64,000 nucleotides of DNA from the human T2T-CHM13v2.0 reference genome, Homo sapiens: assembly GCF_009914755.1 (NCBI RefSeq), contig NC_060945.1. One strand, 5' to 3'. A model generated the notes under the pieces. The model saw only the letters and a list, made by a program, of their open reading frames with translations, was not told where the DNA came from and searched no databases. Within the stretch, counting starts at the first letter, position 1, and every line of letters begins with the position of its first letter. The translations under genes and the position numbers were made by a program. This document shows, in pieces, positions 14,941 through 28,283 of the stretch.

Positions 14941-15756
14941 ATTGTTAATTATAATTTTTAAATAATGTTAATTTTTAACAAGCAGCTTGCAAAATTGTTC
15001 ACGATTAACAATCTTTCTAGAGGTGGGTATGAGTAAGCTCTAAAACATGCTACATACAGCTTACCAAAGAAAATCCCACCATCTTACTACATAACAAAGG
15101 ACACTGTGATTGACTGGTGATGTCTGCCAAGCCCAAAGTTTGTAGGTTACTTTTCACCACCTTTTCCTCGAGTCTGGGTTAGGCTGTGCCAGAGGAGTTG
15201 GGATTTAGGGGAACCAAAAGGATTTGGGTTTAGCAGGTACTTCTTATTGAGCATCTCTCATAACTAGCCCAGCAGTCTCCATTCTGGGAAATGACCATCT
15301 CCTCTATTTATGATCTGGAGTCCTTCATATCTTGCCTTCTACATATTTCATTCCTGCCATCATTTCTCTCTCTTACAATAATGATTTTCCTTCTCCATCA
15401 GATCACTCTCTGAAGACCACAAATGTGCTCTATACATTTCCATCTTAAAACAACCTGCTCCCCTGTAGTTCCTCTACCCCATCCAGCCCCATCCTCCCTT
15501 GATGTTTTGTTCCTCTTCATTTCTCTGGTCCATTGCCTTGTCTATTTCTATGCCACTCTTGGCAAATGGAAGATCGCAAACAAAATTTAACAATTCGATC
15601 TCTCTGCTGATGCAACTCTACTGGAGCTGTTAATAGTATTTTATATGTAGTGACAATATATGCATAAATCCCAACACATTATTTTGAAATATAAATGTTA
15701 ATACATAGAACTGATGATTCCTGTGGAATAATTATTTCTTAAAAATTAAGTCTTAA

Positions 15757-15990
15757 AAGGCAGAACAAGATGGCCAAATAGAAGCCTCCAGTGAGCATCC
15801 CCCTTGTAGGAACACCAAATTGAACAACTATCCACACAAAAAATCACTTTCATAGGAGCCAAAAATTAGGTGAATGACCATGGTACATGGTTTTAACATC
15901 ATATTAAATAATGGAACAGAGAAGAAGGTAGGAAAGATAGTCTTGAATTGCCTATACTATACCTTCCTTATCCCCCAGCAATGGAGATGT
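15757..15990 (+). mobile_element. Isolated old L1 5'UTR start fragment with YY1-type motif
   Basis: ggcagaacAAGATGGCCaaatagaagcctcc...gaacaccaaattgaacaactatccacac. Confidence 0.6.
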
Positions 15991-16266
15991 TCCAGGGATA
16001 GAGGATCTCAGAACTGCTGGCATGTGGAGCTTCTCCTCTTTCCCACAGCTGATTCTGCAATCTGGACCTGAGTGATTCCCCAAGAGCCCCAGCTCCCTGG
16101 GTGCCTCGCCTGCCTGGAGGCATGTGCTTGCATACTACACCACCAGGCCAATTGCTCTGTACTCACCTTGCCTGCTGGCCTGCCAGCCTGAGCAGGTGTG
16201 TGCATACACTATGTATTAAGATATCTCATCTGCTCACACAATTCTCCATTTTTCCATCATACTTCA

Positions 16267-17221
16267 TGTTATGAGCTGAATTGTCTTTGCTCCAAATTCA
16301 TATGTTAAAGTTCTAATCTTCAATAGGCCAGAATGTGACTGTCTTTGGAAATTGGGCCTTTGAAAGGGGCATTCAGTTAAAATGAGGTCATATGGGAGGT
16401 TCCTATTCCAATCTGACTGGTTTTCTTATAAAAAGAGGGAATTGGGACACATAAAGATGAATAGATAAGGAAAATGTGGTGTCTATACACAATGAAATAC
16501 TATTTAGCCATAAGAAAAAATAAAATTATGTTATTCGTGGCAACATGGATGATCTTGAAGGGCATTACGTTAAGTGAAACAAGCTAGGTATAGAAAAATA
16601 AATGCTGCATATTCTCATTCATATATGGAAGCTAAAAACGTTGCCTATAGAAGTAGAGAATACAATAATGCTCACTAGAGGTTGAAAAGAGTAAAGGGGA
16701 GAGACAGATAACCAAAGGTTAATGGATACAAAAGTACAGCGACATAGAAGGAACAAGTTCTAATGTTCCATAGAATGGCAGAGTGACTGTAGTTAACAAT
16801 TTATTCTATATTTTCAAATAGCTGGAAGAAGAAACTCTGAATATTTCCAACACAAAGAAATGGTAAATGTTTGAGGTGATGGATATGCTAATTACTCTAA
16901 TTTAATCTTACACACTGTATGCAATGCATCAAAATATCACACTGTACCCCATAAATATGTATAATAATTATGTGTTAATTAAAAATGTTGATAATGACCA
17001 AAAAAAGAAAGGATACCAGACATGTGTGTGCACAGAGGAGAGACCATTTGAGGACATAGCAAGGAAGAAATCGATTAGCCAAGAAGAGAGGCCTCAGGAG
17101 AAACCAAACCTACTGCCAGCTTAGACTTAGACTTACAGCCTCTAAAATTGAAAAAAAAAAAGTATGTAGTTTTTGCCACCCAATCTGGATTGTTTGGTTA
17201 TGGCAGCACTAGCAAACTGCA
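16267..17221 (+). mobile_element. MLT1 (MaLR) LTR interrupted by an L1MA 3' end
   Basis: tgttatgagctgaattgtc...aaattcatatgttaaagttctaat; resumes ~17011 with ccaagaagagaggcctcaggagaaacc...ttatggcagcactagcaaac. Confidence 0.75.
16458..17010 (+). mobile_element. L1MA 3' end
   Basis: gataaggaaaatgtggtgtctatacacaatgaaatactatttagccataa...tgtttgaggtgatggatatgctaattac...A-rich tail. Confidence 0.85.
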
Positions 17222-17224
17222 CTG

Positions 17225-17388
17225 AACTTTGTAATGCACTTTATTTAAAAACTACATGTTCAAAGATAAAGTTAAGAATTTCAAGAGAGTGGCAGCACAG
17301 CAATAAACCAAGAGATCATTAAACCAAACCTTTTGTGAGCAGGGCCCTGTAAGATTGCACAGGTTGCATGCTCACGAAGCTAACTCTG
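17225..17388 (-). mobile_element. MER45-like hAT-Tip100 fragment
   Basis: ttaagaatttcaagagagtggcagcacagcaataaaccaag...gggccctgt...gcacaggttgcatgctcacgaagc matches recalled MER45 reverse complement. Confidence 0.6.
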
Positions 17389-17671
17389 ACTCCACCAAAG
17401 CTATTCTTAGCAGACAGAAATACAGGTTTTCCATCTCTAACCTCAATGAACATTTTTATTTCTTATCTTAAATGGTATTCTAAAGGTCCAGTCCTGGGCC
17501 GTACCTTTGATTTTGTATCTTCCTGCATCTTCTAAACTTGTCCTGTTGCAGCAATTTCCGTTTATCTGCTAATTAGATGAAAAGTATCTTTCTGCATATC
17601 CATGTGCACAATGGACATTTCAATGACATCTCAACATGCTTTAACCTAAAATCTTTAAAAAAGTGAATGTT

Positions 17672-17978
17672 AGCAGGGCATGGTCACTCATGCCCATAAT
17701 CCTATAGCTTTGGGAGGCCAAGGTTCGAGGATTGCTTGAGGCCAGTAGTTTGAAATCAGCCTGGGAAACATAGCATGACCACATCTCTATGACATAATTT
17801 TAAAACAAATTAGCCAGGCAGGGTTGCACACACTGTATTCCCAGCTACACAGGAGGCTGAGGTGGCAGGATCACTCGAGCCCTGGAATTTAAGGATGTCA
17901 AGGTAGCAGTGAATTATGCATATGCCACTGTACTCCAGCCTGGGTCACAGAGCAAGACTCTGTCTCAAAAAAAAAAAA
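17672..17978 (+). mobile_element. AluJ-type SINE
   Basis: gaggattgcttgaggccagtagtttga diagnostic region; diverged. Confidence 0.9.
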
Positions 17979-18111
17979 GTTATTATTCAAAATATAGTAT
18001 TTTGCTTCTGTTTGCATGAAAATGACTGATTTCTAAATTTTATTCTTAACTACATATTATAGAAGTAGACTGATTTACATACTTTACATGCATTATTCCA
18101 CTTAGTTTTCA

Positions 18112-18503
<392 letters not shown>

Positions 18504-19380
18504 GCCCAACTGTCCAAGCCAGAAAACTAAGCCAGCATCCTGGCCTCATTCTTCCACATTCAACCAGGCACCAAGTTCTATTTTCTACCTATTACATCCA
18601 TCTTCAATCCAACCTTTTATCACTTCCACTTCTACTACTTACTGCTCTTCATCTTTTCTCATTTCAATTATTGCAAAAACCTAACTTGTCATCTTCAGTT
18701 TGAAAACTATTCCTAGGTTTACATTTATAAAATGCATATCAGATCTAAGTGAAACAAAAAGTTTCAGCATAGCATCCAAGGAATTTTATAATGCCTTCTG
18801 CTGACTTATCTAGCCTGATCTTTCACATCAGATTCTCAGGCTTCAACCTGACTTCATGCACCTGTCATGAACTTGGGCCGCTTTACCTCTGCATATGTTG
18901 TATCTTCCCTCATTTGGACCCCTGACTTCTACATCTTGCAGGTGACTGGTTAGTTTATATGTCACCTCCTCCAGGCAATATTTCTTAATTATTCTCCCTC
19001 CCAAGCCAGAATTTCTGTCTGTTCTTTATTATCTATAACATGTAGAGAGTAGCAAGATGTTAACAGAAATTGTCTTTTAATCGTTTGCTTGTCTCTGACA
19101 CCTTTAGGGAAATAACTTCTGTTTATTTATATGCATGACTCTAGATAGAATATATCTAAATGTTGAAGTCATCAGATTTGAAAACAGAATGTGTGTGTTC
19201 AAATCTTAACTATGACACTTAATACCTGTGTATTAAAACAGGTCACATAATTTTAATGTCTTTTTACCTGAGTAACATGGGGAGAGACACTTCACAGGAA
19301 TATTGTGAATAGTAAATTACTTAGTACCTACAAAACACTTTAGAATAGTATCTTGAACAATCTACGCTCCCTGTGATTTT

Positions 19381-19806
19381 TGATAAAGGAAAAACTTCCG
19401 CCGAATTAAATTTAAAGGAGTTTGAGCAATGTACGATTCGCGAATCGGTCAGCCCACAGAATCACAGCAGATTCACGGAGACTCCAGCACAGCCACGTGG
19501 TGGAAGAAGATTTATAGACAAAATAAGGGAAATGAGGTACAGAAATTGGCATTGAGGTACAGAAACAGCTGGAGTGGCTATAGGTTGGCCTTTACCTTAT
19601 TTGAACACAGACTGAACACTGAGGAGTCTATGAGTGGTTGAAATATGGCTGCTGGGATTGGCCAAAACTGTTATTGTTACAGATCCATACTCCTAAGTTA
19701 GGTTTTCAATTTTATCTGACTATTAAGCTAGGTTACAGTTCATCCACAAGGACTCAAATATCAAAGTATGGAGTCCTTCTTGGGCCATATTTAGATTGCT
19801 TTAACA
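19381..19806 (-). mobile_element. MER57A-like ERV1 solo LTR
   Basis: TG...CA termini; reverse complement starts tgttaaagcaatctaaatatggcccaagaaggactccatactttgatatttgagtcc. Confidence 0.8.
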
Positions 19807-19815
19807 AATTTTATA

Positions 19816-22166
19816 CAGACATACCTTGGATATATTACTGGTTCGGATCACTCTTAATAAAGTGAATATTGTAAAAAGTGAATCACAATTTTTTTGGTTT
19901 TCCAGTGCATATAAAAGTTATGTTTACACTATACAGCAGTCTATTAAGTATGTAATAGCATTATGTTTAAAGGAACGATACACATGCCTTAATTTAGAAA
20001 GACCTTATTGCTGAAACTTACTAAAATCTGAGGCTTGATTGAGTCATAATCTTCTAGCTGGTGGAAGATCTGTGTCAATGCAGATGGCTGCTGACTGACC
20101 ATGCGGTGGTTGCTGAAGATGGGAATGACTGTGGCAATTTATTAAAATAGGACAGCAATAAAGTTAGCTTCATTGATTCACTCTTCATTTTACAAAAGGT
20201 TTCTCTGTAGCATGCAGTGCTGTTTGATAGCATTTTACTCACAGTAGACCTTTTTCCAAATTGAAATCGGTCATCTAAATCGCTGTTGCTGTTTTATCAA
20301 CTAAATATGTATAATACTTGAAATCTTTTGTTGTCATTTCAAAAATGTTCATAGTGTATTCACCAGGAGTGGATTCCATCTCAAGAAACCACTTTCTTTC
20401 CTCATTCATAAGAAGTAACTCTTCATCTGTTCAAGTTTTGTCATGAGATTCCAGCAATTTAGTCACTTCTTGAGGCTTCACTTTGAATCCTATTTTTCTT
20501 GCTATTTCCACCACATCTGTGGTTTTTTTCTCCCCTGAAGTCTTGAACTCCTCAAATTCAACCATGAAGTTTGGAATCAGCTTCTTCCAAATTCCCATTA
20601 ATATTGATATTTTGACCTCTTCCCATGAACTGTGAATGTCTTTAATAGCATCTAGAAAGATAAATTATTTTCCAGAAGGTTTTCAATTTGCCCAGGTGTA
20701 CTGGAAGAATCACTATCTACGGCAGCTATAGCATTACAAAATATATTTTTTAAAAAATATGATTTGAAAATTGAGATGACTTCTTCATTCATGGGCTACA
20801 GAATGGAGGTTGTATTACCAGGCATAAAAACATTAATCTCCTTGTGCATCTCCATCAGAGCTCCTGAGTCCCCAGATTCATTGCCAATGAGCAGTAATAT
20901 TTTGAAAACAATCTTTTTTCCAAAGCAGCATTTCTCAACAGTGAGCTTAAAATATTCAGTTAAACATGCTGTAAGCAGACATGCTGTCATTCAGGATTTG
21001 TTGTTCAATTCTTAGAATACAGCAGAGTAGATTTAGCATAATTTTTAATGGCCCAAGGATGTTTAGAGTGGTAAATGAGTGTTGGCTTCACCTAAAACTC
21101 ATCAGCTGCATTAGCCCCTAACAAGAGAATCAGTTTGTCCTTTCAAGCTTTGAAGCCAGGCATTGACTTCTCCTCTATAGCTGTGAAAGTCTAAGTCAGT
21201 ATTTTCTTCCAGTAGGAAGGTGTTTTGTCTACATTGAAAGTCTGTGGTTTAGTGTAGCCACCTTTATCAATGATCTTAACTAGATCTTCTGGATAACTTG
21301 CTGCAGCTTCTACATCAGCACTTCCTACATTACCTTATACTTTTATGTTATGGAGATGGCTTCTTTTCTTAAACCACCTGAATCAAACTCTACTAGCTTC
21401 AACCTTTTTTTTTCTGCATCTTCCTTATCTCTCTCAGCCCTTACAGAATTGAAGAGAGTTAGGGTCTCAAGTAAATGTTGTGGCTGGTTTGATCTTTTAT
21501 CCATTCAAACTTGCTCTATATCAGCAATAAGACTGTTTTAGTTTCTTATCGCTTGTGTGATCACTGGAGTAGCAATTTAATTTCTTTCAAGAACTTTTCC
21601 ATAACATTCACAACTTGGCTGTCTGGTGTAAGAGGATCTTGAATTTGACATGATTTTCTCAATATGCTCAGTCATTTTAAAACATTGATACAAACTTCCT
21701 TTTACTTGAATGTATAGAGATTATTGCTGGATTCTTAATTGGCCTAATTTCAATATTTTTGTGTCATAGTGAATAGCAAGGCCCAAGTAAAGAGAGAAAG
21801 ACAGGAGAACAGCAAGTCAGTGGAGCAATTAGAATACACACAGTATTTATCAATCAAGTTGGCCATCTTATATCGGAACAGTTCATGGTATCCCCAAACA
21901 ATTATAATAGTAACATCAAAGACGACTGATCATAGATTACTATAAAAAACAAAATAATTATGAAGAAGTTTGAAATATTGTGAGAACTATGAAAATGTGA
22001 CACGGAGACATAAAGTGAACACATGCTGTTAGAGAAATGATGCCAGTAAACTTGGGTCAACACACGGCTGGCATAAACCTTCAATTTGTAAAATACGCAA
22101 TATCTGTGAAGGACAATAAAGCAAACTACAGTAAAACAAGGTGTGTGTGTTTGTGTGTGTGTGTGT
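19816..22166 (-). mobile_element. Near full-length Tigger1 DNA transposon (decayed pogo-like transposase)
   Basis: TA-cagacataccttggatatatt left end; about 2.35 kb; internal ttcaccaggagtggattccatctcaagaaaccactttctt; right end gcaatatctgtgaag...aataaagcaaa...aaaacaagg. Confidence 0.9.
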
Positions 22167-22589
22167 ATACATAATATAGATAGTGTACAATAGAAACTAG
22201 ATACTTTATAAGCTCTTGTTAATTAAATGAATATTCCAACACTCTCAAAGAAAATGACTAGTTTTTATCATAATATTACCTTTAAGTATAAGAACATAAA
22301 GTAAGTTGGCATAGTCATACTGCTGGCAAAATACTATATAGCTAAACAGAGATTGCAGGATAATTAAGATTATTCACTTAACTTCGGGGAGTAGAAAGCA
22401 AAATGTGTAAATATCCATGCTCAATTACAGGAAAATACAATTAGCAAGCAAAAGATAGTGTCTACTCCCTAGGGAGATGTCTGTAGAATAAAATATTTTG
22501 TAGTAAATTCTTGATTAGCATATATGTTTCTCTCCTAGATTAATTGTTTTCTTATTATGTTTTTACAAAATGGGAAGTCACATATTACA

Positions 22590-23030
22590 AGTCTATAAAC
22601 AAATATATATTGAGAGAGAGAAAGATTTATTATGGGAATTACTTCATAAAATTATGGAGGCTGAGAAGTCTCATCATCTGACCTCTCTTCGAGTCCAAAG
22701 GACTGAGAACTAGAAGAACTACTGCTGTAAGTTCCAAAGTCCCAAGGCCCCTGAACTAAGATCTCCAATGTATGAGAGCAGGAAAAGATGGATATCCCAA
22801 TTTAAGGAGAGAGAAAGAGAAAATTTGCCCTTCTTGTTCTATTTAGATCCTCAAGGAATTGGAATGCCCAACCACATTGGTGAGTGTGGGTCTTCTTTAC
22901 TTATTCTACTGATTCAAATGTTAACAGATTCTGGAAACGTTCTCACAGATACACACAGAAATAATGTTTTGCCAGCTCTCTGGGCAGCTCTTAGCCCAGT
23001 CAAGTTTACATATAAGAATAATCAACCCAG
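22590..23030 (-). mobile_element. MLT2 (C/D-like) LTR remnant
   Basis: gatttattatgggaat...attatggaggctgagaagtc...cagaaataatgttttgccagctctctgggcagctcttagcccagtcaag. Confidence 0.7.
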
Positions 23031-23119
23031 CTTTTTATAATCATCTTAGTATTTAATCAAGGAAATGATATCAGCTATCTACTACCACAAAAATAATTTT
23101 AAAAATTGGCTTATAAAAG

Positions 23120-23455
23120 ATGACTTAGTGGCCCTCAGCTGGGACAGCTTGTCACTATCCAACCAGCCTTTAAATCCTTCCAAGAAGCAATCCTGGCTTG
23201 TTCTCCTGAAAACTGGGTAGTTTTTCAAGAGATTGAGCAGAAGCATACAAGGCCTCCTGACACCTAGGTGTGAGATGGGCACACAACCACTCCTGTCAAA
23301 TTCTATTGGCCAAAGCAAGTGACAAAGCCAATGCAGATTTAAGAGGTGGTGGAAAAAAACCCTAAAAATAGAAGTTGTTGAAAAGTCATATTTCAAAAGT
23401 CATTGGTATAAAGTAGTGAAAAATTTGACATTTTTGCAATCAAGCTTATCAAACA
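23120..23455 (-). mobile_element. Old MLT1 (F/G/H-like) LTR remnant; donor of the inverted duplication
   Basis: ttctattggccaaagcaagtgacaaagccaatgcagattt...aagtcatatttcaaa...catttttgcaatcaa MaLR motifs. Confidence 0.65.
23177..23368 (+). repeat. Inverted repeat, copy 1 (192 bp)
   Basis: Reverse complement equals 25857-26048 with 3 mismatches. Confidence 0.97.
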
Positions 23456-24745
23456 ATATTATCCCAAAATATAACAATACACTCAGTTTGCACACTTGTT
23501 TACCTTTTGCAAAACAGGTAAGACAGTAGGACAAAGCAGGTGCTTTATGTTGTTTCAATCATTCAGGATTTGGACAGTTTGGATATTTTCTGTATCACTA
23601 TAATTGATAAATACTCAGATGATTCTATAGTTAAGTTAGAATGGAAATTTTGGGTATAGTAACAAATACTACTTTAATTTAAACTTACATGTAAACAGTT
23701 TCCCTAAAGCAGTTAGAAGTGTGACCATAAAAGTGAAATGGTTTAAATACATGCATTTACATCTGTCCTAGAGTGATTAATGTAACTTTATTATAAAACT
23801 ACTAATTTTGTGATTACATACACCCTTCCAAAGATACATTATACATTCCTATGTACACTCAAATATTATTTTTAAACTTCCATTCCAATCATTAAGTAGA
23901 AATGCATTTAAGAATCATGATTTTTTTAGAGTAAGTCTATAGGTGGTACTTTTATATTATAGATAACATTTCCTATACCCTTTCCACATAAACACAAGAA
24001 CATTATGCTATAGATTGAAAATTCCTGTAAACACTAAGCAGAGCTTTTGTACATAAACTTGTAAAAACTCTACATAAATGTATTCAGAAATACATGCTAT
24101 TAAAATATTTTATTGTATATTACTGTTTGGAAGTTTTCAGCTTAAATATTTTTATTTGATGATCAATAAGATCTAGTATTAAATGGTCTTATTTATTAAC
24201 CATTAAGTTAAATACATGGAGAAATCCACTATGTCTTTTCCTCCAGCCTGTAAGTAACACAGGGTTGCATTTCTAATATTAACTAAGTTACATGTATTTT
24301 CCATTGAGAAGAGTGCTATCGAACTCATCCATGTTAAATCACTCTTATGTGGAAAAGGCTAACATATAAATAAAAAAACTAGAAAATTTAAAAAAGGATA
24401 AAGAAAGAAGAAAAATGAACAGAATTTAACAGCAGTGCAACAGTAGTCTCTTCCTACCTTTCCTGGGCATCTTCCAATTTTATGGTGGTCTGATAAGCTT
24501 TCCAAAACACTTTGCTCATTTCCAGCACTGGACATTTACACTCAAGACTGCAGACTCGAGGAGTCACACACTCAGCATCTTTTAGCTGTATGTTGTCAAG
24601 TTCAGACTACTCAAAGTGGCATGTCTTTAAATTAGAATGTGTCAAGTGGGTCTAGTAACTGCACCGAAATATTTTAATAGTCATATTAATCATTAATAAG
24701 TCAGGAAACATGTTTTTCTAATTTTCAGATCCCAATACACATGAC

Positions 24746-25163
24746 TGATATGGTTTGCATCTGTGTCCCTCCCTAAACCAAATGTCCAGTTGTAATCCCC
24801 AGTGTTGGAAGCGGGGCCTGAGGAGAGGTGATTAGATTATGGGGGTGGGTTTCTTGTGAATGGTTTACTATCATCCTCTTGATGCTGTTCTCATGACAGT
24901 GAGTTCTCAAGAGATCTGGTTGTTTAAAAGTGTGTAGCAGCTCCCCTATCTTTCTCTTGCTCCTGCTCTAGCCATGTGAGATGCCTTGCTCTGTCTTTGC
25001 TTTCCACTATGATTGGTAGCTTCCTTTGGCCTCCCCCAGAAGCAGAAGACATTATGCTTCCTGTACAGCCTGCAGAAGCATGAGCCAACTAAACTTCTTT
25101 TTTTAATATCAATTACCCTGCCTCAGGTGTTTCTTGATAGCAGTGCAAGAACGGACTAATACA
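24746..25163 (+). mobile_element. MSTA-type MaLR solo LTR
   Basis: tgatatggtttgcatctgtgtcc...cagcctgcagaagcatgagccaactaaac...ggactaataca. Confidence 0.88.
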
Positions 25164-25771
25164 TCTGTCTTATGATAGACACAAAGTAGGTGCCCGGTAA
25201 GCATTTGTTAAATAAATGAATAGGTACATGAGAAGTGGACCCCCTGTAAATTCAAATGAATGTGGTTTTCTATATGAAACTCCACTCACCTTGACAAACA
25301 CATATAAAAAAGAATGTTGAAAAGAATAGTGCTATATCCTCTCTGAGATTTTCTTTTTACACATCTGCTACTCAGATAGAAATAATTTTCTCATTATAAG
25401 AAAGTGCTCTCGATGTACTCATTTCATATCATCCCACTAGTCATATTTTCCTGCCCTTAATTGTTTACGAGTCTGTCTTTAACTTTGTGGTCATAGTTCC
25501 TTGATGACCGGGATCTTTTTGATTTCTGAAGTGTCTACTACACTGCTGGGTAAGGAGTAGATATTTAATAAAACTGTATGGATGGGAAATTGAAACACTC
25601 AAATTGCTGTTGCCTAAGCTTTTTTTCATGTATTCAACCCTAGGAGAAATCACTGTTTACAAAATTCTTTGATCCCTAGTTGTTGAATTAGTAGGTGCCA
25701 AAAGTCCTATTTTATAATCCTCTTGAGCTATTTTGGTAAAAAAACATATCAAGTATGTGTGTCATACATCT

Positions 25772-25859
25772 TAACCCAGTCATCAGTTACACAGAGGCCT
25801 GATCTTTGTCTCTGTGACAAAGATAACCCAGTCATCAGTTACACAGAGGCCTGATCTTT
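25772..25859 (+). repeat. 36-bp direct duplication with 16-bp spacer
   Basis: taacccagtcatcagttacacagaggcctgatcttt at 25772-25807 and 25824-25859, identical. Confidence 0.97.
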
Positions 25860-26048
25860 TTAGGGTTTTTTTCCACCACCTCTTAAATCTGCATTGGTTT
25901 TGTCACTTGCTTTGGCCAATAGAATTTGACAGGAGTGGTTGTGTGCCCATCTCACACCTAGGTGTCAGGAGGCCTTGTACACTTCTGCTCAATCTCTTGA
26001 AAAACTACCCAGTTTTCAGGAGAACAAGCCAGGATTGCTTCTTGGAAG
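25857..26048 (-). repeat. Inverted repeat, copy 2 (derived insertion)
   Basis: See copy 1; also visible as near-identical peptides in ORFs 23082..23396(-) and 25814..26074(+). Confidence 0.97.
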
Positions 26049-27664
26049 CAATCCTTAGTTTGCCTCAAAACTAAGACATAGACAAGCCCATTTGATTATT
26101 TTACTTCTCATTACCTTTACAAATGAGCAGAGGATACATACCTGATGTGCATGGATCTTGTGTATCCTTGAATCTTGCAAAATTTTATAGCTCCAGTGGC
26201 CACTCTGAATGAAAAAGCATTTTGGAAACCTGGCACCATAAAACATTCATCTGCCAGGATATGATGATATCTTGTCAGGTCATTAAAAATCACTTTCTAT
26301 TTGACATTTTCCCATTTAAATTCCTCATTTTGAGTGCCATCATCTTCTTTCCTTTTCCACAAAAATGCGCACGTTTTCAATGCTTGCACGATCTTTTTAC
26401 TTCCTCTACCTTGAGCTTTAGTCTTCTAGGTTAACAATCTAAGTGTGTGATGTTTGTAAGTGTCTGTCTTCATTTCTTGAGGATGCAGTTCCCAAGAGTC
26501 TGCACTCTAATTGTGCTTTGTTGCAAAAGGGGTTTGATGTTTGCTGAGTGAATAAGAGGTTGAAACGTGTCTTGACTCATAGATCTTCATCCCAGGTACC
26601 CAATTCTATTTCAAATAAAATGGAAGCCTGCTCTGGAGGTCCTGAGATTAGAGCATAACAGATCCACACCGGGACTGCTGCATACTAGATCAGTTAGTAT
26701 ACTTCTTTATGTATCATTTCTATCATTTAGATTGTTTAGATAAGAATACTTCCTTGTAGATTATTTCCATCCTTTAGATTGTTTAGATAAGAATCATTTT
26801 GTGTCAAGCACCTTTATATTAATATACTTATTGAAATAATTAATTCATAGGGAATAATTAAAGTAATCGTAAATGAAAGAAAATACTCATTGCAAAGTGC
26901 TCACATTTTCACGAAGAGATGCTAAGAATTGAATTAGGCCTTAATAACTACATAAAGAAAGAACGAATACAACAAAGATATACACACACACAAATAAGTA
27001 TAAAAACTTTCCTAATAAAAGAGGCAGAGTACTTAACGTTATAAGTGAAATATTTAAAGACATTTTGTGCACGTTGAAAACAAAAAGATAGTTTACCCAG
27101 GATTATGGAACATTTTTCTATTGAACTTATAAAGTTTTCCTCCTGGCTACTGTTAATATTAAATTTGATAAAAATCTTGAAGAGTTCTTTGGAGACTCAT
27201 TTGATAGAAAGGAGAAAATGCATAGTTTCCAAATGTTCATACCACGTTTCTCTATGAATGATGAAATATAATTTCAAGCCTCTTTCCTAAGAACAGTGTT
27301 TTCAGCAAATGTATTATTTGAAGTACCATGAGTCAGTGTGAAGTTGCTTGAAAAGTAGTTGTTATCTAATAACCTCCTGTCAAAAACTCAGATAGAAATT
27401 TGCTTGTAGAGAAATAAAAAATATGGCAATTTTGATGATCTATTTTTTAACCTTAGAAGTTACTCTCTGCCTGTCTAATAAAACATTCTGCAACTAAGAC
27501 TATTTGGTATCAGAAAGTTAATTACTTTAAGAGCACATACAAATTGAGGAAAAAGAAAAAAGTTTTGGTGTCATTCAATTCTGATTCTAATTATTAAAGA
27601 AGGTTCTAATGGAGACATTAAAAATCAGGAGCATACAAATCTACTTTTTAAGAAACAAAAGGAC

Positions 27665-28283
<619 letters not shown>

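Noticed and set aside
25772-25859. 36-bp repeat-spacer-repeat as a CRISPR-like array
   Set aside because: Only two units with a 16-bp spacer, in primate DNA with no cas genes; explained by local duplication
23082-26074. Near-identical ORFs 23082..23396(-) and 25814..26074(+) as paralogous small genes
   Set aside because: The identity simply reflects the 192-bp inverted duplication of LTR-derived DNA
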